Assembly (NCBI GenBank): GCA_963807605.1
Contig: CAWECG010000003.1
Coordinates: 640,001 to 704,000, forward strand
Reading direction: 5' to 3'
Source: Candidatus Bathyarchaeota archaeon
Lineage (GTDB): Archaea; Thermoproteota; Bathyarchaeia; 40CM-2-53-6; RBG-13-38-9
Length of the DNA stretch: 64,000 nucleotides
Positions 9,546 to 19,022 of the stretch are shown one piece after another (position 1 is the first letter of the stretch; every line of letters starts with the position of its first letter). The notes under the pieces were generated by a model, which was not told where the DNA came from, did not search any database, and saw nothing but the letters and a program-made list of their open reading frames with translations. A program made the translations under genes and the position numbers.

Positions 9546-10250
9546 GTGAAAGGCTTGCGTCGCGGAAATATTGTGGATGACCCTACGTTTAGATCTAAGA
9601 CTCAATTATTCAATGACAGGTGTGAGGCTGGAAAGCTTCTGGCCGATATGTTCAAGAAGAGATCACCCAGAGACTCAATCGTACTAGCAATCCCGTCGGG
9701 AGGAGTGCCGGTTGGCTACTGCCTCTCTCGACAGTTGAAATTCCCACTTGACATAATTGTGGTCCGCAAGGTACCGATACCTGATAACCCAGAGGCTGGC
9801 TTCGGTGCGATTGCGCTTGACGGTACGTTAGTCATCAATAAGGGGCTCGTAGAGGAGTTGGGGATCGATAAGCAGACGATCGACACCCTTGCAGGGGCAA
9901 GACTTGCAGAAGTAAGGGAAAGGCTGGAAAAATTTCGGGGCAAGAAAGAACCGACCAAACTCGCTGATAAGAATTTGATTCTTGTAGACGACGGACTGGC
10001 CTCAGGATATACTATGCTTGTAGCAATAAGGTCGGTGAGGAAACAGTTCCCTAGAAGCATAATGGTTGCTATCCCGACAGCCCATGACAAAGCTCTAAAA
10101 CTTCTTTCTTCCGAGGCTGATGAGATCTATTGCTTGAACATAAGATATGGGCCATTCTTTGCTGTTGCAGATGCATACAAGAATTGGTACGATCTTAGTG
10201 ATGAAGAAGTCAATGAGTACCTGTTGAAAGCTTGGAAGGCGCCTCACTAG
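9546..10250 (+). CDS. Phosphoribosyltransferase-family protein
   Basis: F.DR.EAG..LA, VLAIPSGGVPVG, ILVDDGLASG PRPP loop. Confidence 0.9.
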   Translation: MKGLRRGNIVDDPTFRSKTQLFNDRCEAGKLLADMFKKRSPRDSIVLAIPSGGVPVGYCLSRQLKFPLDIIVVRKVPIPDNPEAGFGAIALDGTLVINKGLVEELGIDKQTIDTLAGARLAEVRERLEKFRGKKEPTKLADKNLILVDDGLASGYTMLVAIRSVRKQFPRSIMVAIPTAHDKALKLLSSEADEIYCLNIRYGPFFAVADAYKNWYDLSDEEVNEYLLKAWKAPH

Positions 10251-10403
10251 CTATTCATAGTCAAGATGATGCGGAAGCCAAAGCGCGCTAAGTCGCTTTG
10301 AGGATAGAGGAGAAGTTGTTGAGACAAAGGTCATAACTTATGCGGGATCCTCCCTTCCGCACCATAATACTATGAAAGAAGAAATGAGGAGTTCTGAGCG
10401 AGT

Positions 10404-11492
10404 CTACTCCTCGACCCTCATGAAGATTTTTGGTTTCTTTCCATACTCCCAAGACCGGTCAGGGATGAAGTTCTCTTCCTGCTTTGGATAGACTGCGCGG
10501 CCAATGTCCTTATCCTTGGGATAAAGGAATTTTATTCCCCATTGTAGGATGACGGTCTTCATCCCTGGAGCTTTCTTCTTGACTATCCATTCCAGTTCTT
10601 GGGGGTCGCCTTGAACGATCGCCCAGTTGTCGTAGTGCATCGGTATAAGCACCTTGGAGTCTAGGGCCTTGGCGACTCTGTAAGCGTCGTACGCCGTCAT
10701 CTTATCTGTCATGCCTGACGGATTATCGCCGAAGGCTACCATGGAAACGTCGACCTTGTTCTCCCTACCATGCTTGAAGAACATGTTTGAGTAATGTGAG
10801 TCTCCAGCATGGTAGAAGTTTCCTGCGGGTGTCTGTATCAAGTAATTCACACAGGTTTCGTTCATGTCTTTGGGAAGGTCTTTACCCTCGAAGAGCGCTG
10901 TTCTATCTGCTCCCTCAAGTGCCTTCACAGTGATCTCGTTTATCTTGACCTCGTCGCCGGGCTTCATCTCGATGATCCTTGCTTTAGGAACTCCAAATTC
11001 CTCGAATTTCCAGCATGAACGTGGGGGACCGATGAACTTGCAGTCTGTATTCTTTACAAGCGGTTTGATCGTATATATGTCGCAGTGGTCCGCATGAGGA
11101 TGAGTTGATAGCAGCGCATCAAGTTTTTTTATTGCAAAAGGGTCTATAACCTGCGGGTTGAGTCTAAGCCAGACTTGGCTTGTTGACCCGCTCTGCCTCA
11201 ACACCCCGAAGGGAGTATCAGGTTCTCCTAGTTTCCACCTTGATGCAATGGATGGGCCGCAGTAGTTGTCTATCAGAATGTTTGTGTCCTCGGGCGTCTT
11301 GAACCAATAGGCACAAGCACCCAACCACCATAAAGCCACGTTTCCCTTATCAACGACAGTGTCCTCTATCTCTTCATTCAGAAATGTGCCCCACTCGGGA
11401 AAGACCTCTTGAAGCCAGGACAATCTATCTACGGGGCGATCCTTGTAGAGAAGTTCAGCTTTCTTGTCTAGACCTCCAAAACGCTTTGGCAT
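10404..11492 (-). CDS. ulaG: L-ascorbate-6-phosphate lactonase-like metallo-beta-lactamase
   Basis: SWLQEVFPEWGTFLNEEIE...WWLG, DPFAIK, THPHADH, YHAGDSHYSN, GMTDKMT, IPMHYD match the UlaG family. Confidence 0.85.
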   Translation of the reverse strand: MPKRFGGLDKKAELLYKDRPVDRLSWLQEVFPEWGTFLNEEIEDTVVDKGNVALWWLGACAYWFKTPEDTNILIDNYCGPSIASRWKLGEPDTPFGVLRQSGSTSQVWLRLNPQVIDPFAIKKLDALLSTHPHADHCDIYTIKPLVKNTDCKFIGPPRSCWKFEEFGVPKARIIEMKPGDEVKINEITVKALEGADRTALFEGKDLPKDMNETCVNYLIQTPAGNFYHAGDSHYSNMFFKHGRENKVDVSMVAFGDNPSGMTDKMTAYDAYRVAKALDSKVLIPMHYDNWAIVQGDPQELEWIVKKKAPGMKTVILQWGIKFLYPKDKDIGRAVYPKQEENFIPDRSWEYGKKPKIFMRVEE

Positions 11493-11669
11493 CTTTCATC
11501 AACTGGCAACATCATGCATGAATGGTAGCTTTATTCTTTTGGAGCTGCATCCTACCGATTCATGTAGTTTAGAGGTCACCAGATTCAGCACATGATCTGT
11601 ATTCCAGTTTTGCACCTGAGGCGCTTCAAGATGGTTTGACGAGATGTCAAGGAACGGGCTTTTCAGAGA

Positions 11670-12485
11670 TTAGCGCGTGCCCTTTAGAGCTACAACGGCG
11701 GAAGGTAAAGAAGCCCAGATGAGATCATACAGATGGTTGAAGCCGCTGATTATCTGAGGGTTCTGTGAGATTACCCCAATATCGCTTCCAACCTCGTCAT
11801 CGAGATCATCGGGAACTGCTTCGATGAACATTATATTACTTGAATCCGCGGCGAGTGCTTGGAAGTTCAGTTTCGGCGATGATCTAAATTCTAGAATATT
11901 GGCTATTTCTTTGGCAACGCTGAGATTCTGGGGTGTAACGTGTGTAATCATTCTCACACGTACTCCCTTTGAGACCAGCCGCTCAATTGATTCGGCGTAG
12001 GATCTGTAAAGACGAATCATACCGTTTTCTGAGGCTATAATTGCTGCAGACTCGCTCGATCCTGAGAGCAGTCTCGTGATACCTTCATTGATAGCTGAGC
12101 GACCTTGTAACACTGACAATTCAGTCTTTACTGATATTCCCTTGCTTGAGATGAGTTTCGAAGACTCATAAGCCAGTACAAGGCTTTGAACTTTTTCGAG
12201 GCTGTCCTCAGCGTCCTTAACAGAATTCTCGGCAAGAGGAAAGAGAAATTCGCTAGGAGATGATGCTCCGAATCTTTCCGGTTTATCGTGAAGGATCTTA
12301 ACGAGGCCTTTACGCTCAAGCCCCCGCAATGAACCATAGAGTTTAGTCCGCGGAACGCCGCTGATGAAACTGAGTTCACCAGCAGTCTTAGGACCTCCCC
12401 TTGCCAAATTACCATATATTTTAGCTTCGTACTCGGTGAGCCCAAGCCTCTTAAGAGCTGGAACATAATCGACGTGAGAAGCCAC
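11670..12485 (-). CDS. TrmB-family transcriptional regulator
   Basis: LGLTEYEAKIY..L....TAGELS..SGVPRTKLY.SL.GLERKGLV wHTH plus effector domain. Confidence 0.92.
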   Translation of the reverse strand: MASHVDYVPALKRLGLTEYEAKIYGNLARGGPKTAGELSFISGVPRTKLYGSLRGLERKGLVKILHDKPERFGASSPSEFLFPLAENSVKDAEDSLEKVQSLVLAYESSKLISSKGISVKTELSVLQGRSAINEGITRLLSGSSESAAIIASENGMIRLYRSYAESIERLVSKGVRVRMITHVTPQNLSVAKEIANILEFRSSPKLNFQALAADSSNIMFIEAVPDDLDDEVGSDIGVISQNPQIISGFNHLYDLIWASLPSAVVALKGTR

Positions 12486-12621
12486 CTTAACTTTCCCTCC
12501 GTATCTGAAGATTTCTTTACCTTGGCTGACTATTACTGTCTTGTCATGGGAGTGGGGAAAAAGTTACCTCTGGATGAGAGTTTTAAATAACTAGCCGGCC
12601 ACATTCGGTTAGGGTGCTGAG

Positions 12622-13371
12622 ATGTTGTCTGAGCGTGCGGTCACTGGGATAACCGGATTGGACAAGATGTTGGAGGGAGGTATTCCAAGAGGCAGAATCA
12701 TAATGATAGTTGGGGGTCCAGGAACCGGAAAGACCATCTTGAGCACACAGTTCCTAGTGAATGGAATAATCAACTACGATGAGCCCGGGATCTTCGTCTC
12801 TCTAGAGGAGACCAAGGCACATATTTATCAGGCTATGCGAAGGTTCAAGTGGGATCTCAGTCAACTCGAAAAAAAAGGCAATTTCTCTTTCGTCGATGCC
12901 TCGCCTATCCGTCGCTCCCCTGCCGAGGTGAAAATCGGCAAATACACAGTGGGAAAGAGGGATTTCTCAATGCTGGGCCTCATAAATACAATCGAGCAGT
13001 TGGCTGAGACGACGGGCGCAAAAAGGATAGTCGTCGACCCATTAGCATCACTTATTTATCAATATCCAAACCTATACGAGAGACGAACGGCATTCTTAGA
13101 CTTGATAGAGAGTCTGACAGCTACTGGGGCCGCCTGCCTGACAACTATGGAATCGCATCATCTTGGAGGAATCGAGAGAGAGGTTCTCGAAGAAGAGTAC
13201 CTTGCTCACGGTGTAATAGTTTTGCAGCGAGTGCAGATAGGCAAGTCTTTGATTCGTGTCCTCCAAATTAGGAAGATGAGGATGACCGCTGCTGACGATC
13301 AGCCCAGACCATACAAGATAGATGAGACAGGAATAAACGTATACGCGGAAGAACGTCTATTCGATCAATGA
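12622..13371 (+). CDS. Single-domain KaiC-like (RAD55) ATPase
   Basis: TGITGLDKML.GG, GGPGTGKT, SLEE, RIVVDP, IRKMR. Confidence 0.92.
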   Translation: MLSERAVTGITGLDKMLEGGIPRGRIIMIVGGPGTGKTILSTQFLVNGIINYDEPGIFVSLEETKAHIYQAMRRFKWDLSQLEKKGNFSFVDASPIRRSPAEVKIGKYTVGKRDFSMLGLINTIEQLAETTGAKRIVVDPLASLIYQYPNLYERRTAFLDLIESLTATGAACLTTMESHHLGGIEREVLEEEYLAHGVIVLQRVQIGKSLIRVLQIRKMRMTAADDQPRPYKIDETGINVYAEERLFDQ

Positions 13372-13449
13372 CTCAATAGGCCTTTCAAATAGATCTGAAT
13401 CGACTCTTGCCAACGACGCTAATTGTCTGTTGGCGATTAGTAAGATTCC

Positions 13450-13809
13450 ATGCTGGGGCCTGACTTGGCCTCCATACCACTAAACGAAGTCCTGGACGTT
13501 ACAGCCTTCCTTATCTCGATGGCTCTCTTAAGCTACTCAGCGTACAGCGACCTAAAGACCAGAAGTCTCAGACTGGGTTTGGATTGTTTTTCTCCCAGCT
13601 GCATCAGTGCTTCTAGGGCTCAGGCTATTTCTGGATTCAGATCTCTTGACAACATCAGTTATCTCGATTCTTGTCACGTCAACTCTCTCTTTTTTATGCT
13701 TCGTCTGGACATGTTTGGCGGAGTTGACGCCAAAGCCTTCATTTGTCTGTGTAGCTTTGCCAAGGCATCCCTTGCCTTTGATTCCTCAGCTGGCTTATGT
13801 ACTCGCTAG
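13450..13809 (+). pseudogene. Frameshifted, truncated A24 prepilin/preflagellin peptidase (FlaK/PibD-like)
   Basis: SAYSDLKTR then frame change to EVSDWVWI..., then back to MFGGVDAKAFICL; both catalytic Asp motifs present but split by frameshifts. Confidence 0.75.
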
Positions 13810-14031
13810 GGCGGTCGCACGGAGACCTAAATGACTAACACTCCAGTTTTTCATAGCCCTTATAGAGGAATCAAAGGTCACAAAAACACGTAGAGTTCTC
13901 CGGGATTCTGACCACAGATCCAGCGGAAGATCGTTTTATACTCACGATAATCATGGAGTGCGGTTAAGTCATTTATATTGTCTGAGGCATACAATCTAGG
14001 TTTCAAATCAAATGTCAGGAGATTATTTAGG

Positions 14032-14412
14032 ATGCCTAGAAAAAAGATAAAGTCGAGAAGGAAAGCCACCAAACCCAAGAAGCTCGATGGGCTGGCAGCG
14101 CTCTCTCAGCATATAAAGAATGTTGAGTCAAGCCTTCAAGAAGCCCTAAAGCAACTTCGTGAAAAAACCGGGCAGTTTCTGGACCGGGTGGAGTTCGAGT
14201 CAATAATCAGCGAAATGCAATCAAGAATTCTGGAATCAATACCTAAAATGGAAGCCGAAATGAAAAGCTTTGAGACAAAGCTTGCAAGGGCAGTTCAGAA
14301 ACCCGAGCTTGAGACGCGACTGGCAGGAATAGAACAGCGGCTGGTCAGCCTGACAGCGGAGATCGAAGCTCTGAAGGGAAGGATCAAGGATTTGGAGGTT
14401 CCGGAAGTTTAA
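14032..14412 (+). CDS. Hypothetical coiled-coil protein with basic N-terminus
   Basis: Heptad-rich L/E/K sequence; ATG 14032 preferred. Confidence 0.65.
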   Translation: MPRKKIKSRRKATKPKKLDGLAALSQHIKNVESSLQEALKQLREKTGQFLDRVEFESIISEMQSRILESIPKMEAEMKSFETKLARAVQKPELETRLAGIEQRLVSLTAEIEALKGRIKDLEVPEV

Positions 14413-14575
14413 GAGAGAACAGATACCAACGACTTTGTTCACCACTTACGTGGTGAAGTATTCATAGCGCGCGTTTCTTTAGAAAACGCGGGTGTGTTCA
14501 TACCTATAACCTCCTTTCGTAAAGTCGAATGCGAGTGCGCCCATCACTATTGTGATTTCACAATCCTTCAGTTGT

Positions 14576-15358
14576 CTATGCTGAATTCGCGTTAGTTTGA
14601 TTCCCGCCACATGTGGGACAATACTGCCACCCTTGGGAAAGGCGTGAGCCACAATGGATACAAAATCTGACCTGCCTGTGTTCGTGAGGTGATATCTCGT
14701 CCACTATTTTGATCTCTTTTTTGACTCTACGGTACAGCAGGAGGATGAACAGGACTGCCAACGCCAGACTCAAGACGCCTAAGCCTAATGAGACTATGAG
14801 ATCATAGATTGTGTGAAGGAGAATTGGAACAGCAAGGGCAAGAATCTTCAGCTTGGCCTTTGAATCGAACTTAGAGCGGCCAAGATAGAACCCCATTGTT
14901 GCTCCAAAGAAAGCGTGTCCAGGAACGCTCAGCGAAGCTCTAAACAAAGCAACAAGCCATCCGCCTTTCAACACGTAGAGTGTGTTCTCGACGGATGCAA
15001 ACCCCATGGAGGCAGTTGTGGCGTAGACTATTCCGTCCATGGGCTCATTGAAATCTCTCGAGTGGTAGGCATGGAGAGTCGCCAGTAGTTTGCAGGATTC
15101 CTCAACAGCAGCTATCACAATGAGGTTATGGAGAATTAAACCTACTATGTCTGAGAAGGGATTCGTGGGTTCGGGTAAGACATTGGAAAGGATCAGCTCA
15201 AGTATCACTGCTGGAACTATAGATAGTGCTCCCAGAACAAACGTGACGAGCAACATCCTTAGGGGCTCTCTCTCGTACCGGTCCCTTTTTGCGATAATCC
15301 ACAAAAGAACCAGGCAGGGAACGACTGCGGCCACAAAGAGCTCAAGCAAAGAAGTCAT
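14576..15358 (-). CDS. PrsW-family intramembrane metalloprotease with C-terminal Zn-ribbon
   Basis: D..EREP, VEESCK, DGIVYA...GFA..EN, PGH, H..YD; CIHC...CPTC. Confidence 0.92.
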   Translation of the reverse strand: MTSLLELFVAAVVPCLVLLWIIAKRDRYEREPLRMLLVTFVLGALSIVPAVILELILSNVLPEPTNPFSDIVGLILHNLIVIAAVEESCKLLATLHAYHSRDFNEPMDGIVYATTASMGFASVENTLYVLKGGWLVALFRASLSVPGHAFFGATMGFYLGRSKFDSKAKLKILALAVPILLHTIYDLIVSLGLGVLSLALAVLFILLLYRRVKKEIKIVDEISPHEHRQVRFCIHCGSRLSQGWQYCPTCGGNQTNANSA

Positions 15359-15590
15359 GTAATCTTCAGGATCCTAAAGACTCATTTTACAGGAGTCCGT
15401 CTTTCATTCTTAAGATCAGCTCTGTCTCCGAATTTCTCTGGTAATAATAGATATGAAGCCAAATTATCTAATCCATATACTACTTACAAGAAGGTGCTTA
15501 ACTGAATTGCGAATCGTGTGAGACGAGATATGTTCTTAACGAGTTCTACTCAACATATTTCTATTTATTGAAGGGTCTGAGGAAGATGCC

Positions 15591-16505
15591 TTGTGTAGTT
15601 TGATCATTATGGGGTCCGGTCCGGCTGGCCTGACAGCAGCCGTCTACGCGGCTCGAGGCGCTATCCAGACCAGGGTGGTGGAAGGTACTAGTCCGGGCGG
15701 ACAGTTGATGTTAACCACCGATGTGGAGAATTACCCCGGTTTCCCTGCGCCGTTGAAGGGCCCTGACCTAATGGCTTTGATGAGAAGGCAGGTTGAGCGA
15801 TTTGAGGTAGAGTTCATATCGGGTGACGCAACTCGTGTCGACTTCGCGTCAGGATCACTGAAAGTCGAGGTAAACGGGATTACTTACGAGGCTGACTCCG
15901 TAATCGTGGCAACAGGCGCCACATCTAGATGGCTTGGGCTTGAGTCAGAACAGAGGTTGAGAGGAAAAGGAGTCTCCTCCTGTGCAACATGCGACGGCTA
16001 CTTCTTCAAGAACAAGGATGTTGTGGTCGTTGGTGGGGGTGACACTGCGTTAGAGGAGGCTATCTTCCTATCAAACATAGTGAGGAAGGTCACAGTCATC
16101 CACAGAAGGGATGAGTTGAGATGTGCGAAGATAATTCAGGAGACAGCCTTCAAGAATGATCGAATGGGCTTTCTATGGAACAGTGTAGTTGAGGAGATTC
16201 TGGGAAGCGCGAGAGTTCAAGGTGTTAGGGTCAAGGATCTCCGGACAGACCGAATTTACGATTACAAATGTGATGGAGTCTTCATAGCGATAGGACACAT
16301 TCCTAATACGGGGATCTTCAGAGGACAACTTGAACTCGATGAAGCAGGTTATGTAAAAACACAAAAAGGAACCGAAACCAGTCAAAAGGGAGTCTTCGCG
16401 GCAGGAGACGTTGTCGATAGAATCTACAGGCAGGCAGTCACAGCGGCTGGGTCTGGATGCCAAGCTGCACTAGATGCGATACGATACCTAAAGTCGGGGA
16501 CATAA
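15591..16505 (+). CDS. trxB: Thioredoxin-disulfide reductase
   Basis: GSGPAG, GGQL..T..VENYPGF, CATCDG, GGGDTA, GVFAAGD. Confidence 0.96.
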   Translation: MCSLIIMGSGPAGLTAAVYAARGAIQTRVVEGTSPGGQLMLTTDVENYPGFPAPLKGPDLMALMRRQVERFEVEFISGDATRVDFASGSLKVEVNGITYEADSVIVATGATSRWLGLESEQRLRGKGVSSCATCDGYFFKNKDVVVVGGGDTALEEAIFLSNIVRKVTVIHRRDELRCAKIIQETAFKNDRMGFLWNSVVEEILGSARVQGVRVKDLRTDRIYDYKCDGVFIAIGHIPNTGIFRGQLELDEAGYVKTQKGTETSQKGVFAAGDVVDRIYRQAVTAAGSGCQAALDAIRYLKSGT

Positions 16506-16533
16506 CCCTTTGCTATCGCTAGATTACGATGGG

Positions 16534-16710
16534 TCAATAAGGCCAGAAGGATCTAGGTGTGAAAGTGGCCACACCTATCTCTTGAGCATACCACGGCGAT
16601 CTCCAATAAAGTTGTGGTGGCAGAGATGAAATTACCGGGAACGGGAACATTGGCCAGAAGCACGAATACCAGAAGGGGGGATAGTTTGGGCGCGGAGCAT
16701 CCCAGTACAT
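16534..16710 (-). CDS. Small Pro/Trp/Tyr/Phe-rich protein (58 aa)
   Basis: MYWDAPRPNYPPFWYSCFWPMFPFP...; GGTGA RBS just upstream of ATG 16710. Confidence 0.55.
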   Translation of the reverse strand: MYWDAPRPNYPPFWYSCFWPMFPFPVISSLPPQLYWRSPWYAQEIGVATFTPRSFWPY

Positions 16711-16817
16711 TAATCTCACCGATAGCTTCTGTAGTCCAACTTATATGTAAATTAATCTGTTACTTTTGGTAGCTATTTGCGCGAGCGCATTGCTAATTCG
16801 TTGATGGAGGTGAAAGC

Positions 16818-17168
16818 TTGAGTTATTATCCATATCCGTATCAGTATTGGCAACGTCTGTCCTTCTATCAGCCTTATCCCATATTGCCTTTCTATGATCC
16901 TCGATCAATGTTTCAGGCAATGACTCCGAACTATCAATCAATGTTCGGTCAGTATCCTCATCAGTATTATCAACAGCAAGGACAAAGTGATCCTCGATCA
17001 ATGTTTCAGGCAATGACTCCGATCAATCAATCAATGTTCGGTCAGTATCCTCATCAGTATTATCAACAGCAAGGACAAAGAGGACCGGGACGTGGAACCA
17101 ACCTGGTTGGCATTCCGGGGTTTGGATTGCCTCTTTGGTACACTTTACCGGCATTAACGGGGCATTGA
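16818..17168 (+). CDS. Tyr/Gln/Pro-rich low-complexity protein with 31-aa tandem duplication
   Basis: GGAGGTGA RBS 16806-16813, TTG start, MSYYPY N-terminus shared with 18014 ORF. Confidence 0.75.
   Translation: MSYYPYPYQYWQRLSFYQPYPILPFYDPRSMFQAMTPNYQSMFGQYPHQYYQQQGQSDPRSMFQAMTPINQSMFGQYPHQYYQQQGQRGPGRGTNLVGIPGFGLPLWYTLPALTGH
16895..17080 (+). repeat. 93-bp tandem direct repeat x2 (in frame)
   Basis: 16895-16987 vs 16988-17080 differ at 2 positions (AACTAT vs ATCAAT). Confidence 0.95.
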
Positions 17169-17273
17169 CGACATAGTATTTGCGAGAGCGCTTAGCTTCC
17201 TTATTTTACCTTCTGAATCACGATTCTCGAACGCGCACATGTATGAATTGGTTGACGCGGGCTTGTCCATAGA

Positions 17274-17444
17274 TCAATTTTTTTCGTTTCTTCTTATTAT
17301 TGCATGGATTGCTAGACCTATTACTGTAATGAGAATGCCCATTGCTGCGATAGACGCATTGAGATATAGCCCTCCGAACGCGAGCCATAGTATCCCCATC
17401 ACCAGAAACGCATTGCGGGCTTCTTTCTTATTTTCTTCTTTCAT
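17274..17444 (-). CDS. Small 2-TM membrane protein (56 aa), not in ORF track
   Basis: MKEENKKEARNAFLVMGILWLAFGGLYLNASIAAMGILITVIGLAIHAIIRRNEKN*; GGTGA RBS upstream. Confidence 0.65.
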   Translation of the reverse strand: MKEENKKEARNAFLVMGILWLAFGGLYLNASIAAMGILITVIGLAIHAIIRRNEKN

Positions 17445-17664
17445 TATATCACCGGCTTGGCGGGCAGAACGCTCGCAGACCGATATGCGGGAGTATCTTA
17501 GTTTCTTAACATTCGTATTAGAATCTTGTAGTCTATTTGTGCGTAGCTGATTTTGCGGCTGAACCAGTACCGGCAGAGAATTGGAGAAACTTCCAGAGTA
17601 TTAGCCTGAAAACTTGGCCCTCATCATCGCAATTATGGCTCCGAGATGCCTATACTAGCGACGC

Positions 17665-17751
17665 CTATCGCTTTCTCACTTTCCAGATGCCTACGGCGAT
17701 TATCCCTGATGTAATCGCCAAGGCAGCTGCCAAGATTTTTTTATTCTTCAT
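17665..17751 (-). CDS. 28-aa single-TM peptide, not in ORF track
   Basis: MKNKKILAAALAITSGIIAVGIWKVRKR*: basic-hydrophobic-basic. Confidence 0.5.
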   Translation of the reverse strand: MKNKKILAAALAITSGIIAVGIWKVRKR

Positions 17752-18013
17752 ACGATTTCACAATATTATTTGACTGCAAATATTGCTAATAGGCATTGGT
17801 CAGTCACAAAGGTTACTTACTCCGATCGATTAGCCTTTTTCAAGCGTCATTAATGAAGACGCATAAGACATCCAACAACGTTAGATTATCTAGATTGGTG
17901 AAGTCACAGCGACAGAATGGCAAACAGCAGATCCCTTAAATCGCCGAGAAGACCACTCAACTTGAAGCTTCAAGCCAGATCTGGAAGTCTTGCTAGCGAG
18001 GAGGTGAGAATAG

Positions 18014-18403
18014 ATGTCTTACTATCCATACTACCCGATGGGATATCCGAATTATTATCAATGGCCCATGAGCCAGTATTCTCCCATGAGCCAGTACCCC
18101 ACTATGAGCGCATATTCCATGCCGAACCAATATACCATGCAAAATCAATACTACATGCCTAGCCCGTACTATGGTTACGGCCAACAACCAGGATACGGCT
18201 ATCCATATCCTTCATACGGTGGTCAAAGCTACGGATATGCTCCACAACCAACACCCTTCTACCTATACCAGAATCCTATGGGCTGCAGTCCCTTCGGATT
18301 GTCTGAACAGGCACCAAACCCCTACTACTACATGATGTCGATGGGACTCCCAATGGGTTTCAGCAATCCTTACAGACAATTCCCAATGCTGCCCTCCTAC
18401 TAG
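18014..18403 (+). CDS. Tyr/Pro/Gln/Met/Ser/Gly-rich prion-like low-complexity protein
   Basis: GGAGGTGA RBS at 18000-18007; 29 Tyr and only 2 charged residues in 129 aa; PMSQY repeats. Confidence 0.75.
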   Translation: MSYYPYYPMGYPNYYQWPMSQYSPMSQYPTMSAYSMPNQYTMQNQYYMPSPYYGYGQQPGYGYPYPSYGGQSYGYAPQPTPFYLYQNPMGCSPFGLSEQAPNPYYYMMSMGLPMGFSNPYRQFPMLPSY

Positions 18404-18648
18404 AATGTGCTCCAGTCAGGAGGAGCGGTTCCACTTTTTTCTGGTTTATGATCGGTTTCTCTGGGACGAGTAAGAATACACGCAAGTAATCAGTTACGGC
18501 TGTGAGCACGCGTGTCTTCCAGTTGGATGTGCGTGCGTTGCATTTTCTTAGAATATTCAAGGACCTAACCACGCAATCCCGCACGATTCAGTCTACACAG
18601 ATCTTGAGTAGCATGAGCGCAGAATGATCTGAGCTGGAGTTTAAAGTC

Positions 18649-18741
18649 TGGCGGGCCCGGTGGGATTCGAACCCACGATCTCCGGCTCTCCTCCTCTCTG
18701 ACCGAAGGCCAGCATCTTAATCCTGACTAGACTACGGGCCC
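18649..18741 (-). tRNA. tRNA-Arg(TCG) with 14-nt intron at 37/38 and encoded CCA
   Basis: GGGCCCG acceptor stem, anticodon arm CTGGC-CT-TCG-G[TCAGAGAGGAGGAG]A-GCCGG, GTTCGAATC T-loop, BHB pairing CTTC/GAGG. Confidence 0.92.
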
Positions 18742-19022
18742 GAACACCCTTTGAGATCTCTCAGGCTTCTCTTTAATCTTGCAATCATTCAGGAGAGCCA
18801 TCTATCCGCATCCAGAGCCGATTATCTCTCTTTGATTTAAGATAGTTACTCTATCATTCTATCCTCAGGTACACTGTCTTTATCTCCACTAATATCAGGC
18901 TTACAAGATTTCAAATTGTACTATTCACGTCGTCGTTTTCAGGAAGCGAAGAATCTTCTTGGGGACTCAGAAAGGTTTAAGCTATCAAGAAGCTCTTTTC
19001 CGCTTCTCCACTGTGATGGCTT

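Noticed and set aside
12622-13371. Circadian clock KaiC
   Set aside because: Single domain, no kaiA/kaiB; generic archaeal KaiC-like ATPase
16895-17080. CRISPR array
   Set aside because: Only two adjacent 93-bp units, no spacers, in frame within a CDS; no cas genes in the window
18649-18670. Provirus or integrative element at tRNA-Arg
   Set aside because: No duplicated tRNA-Arg 3' end, integrase or viral genes seen in the window
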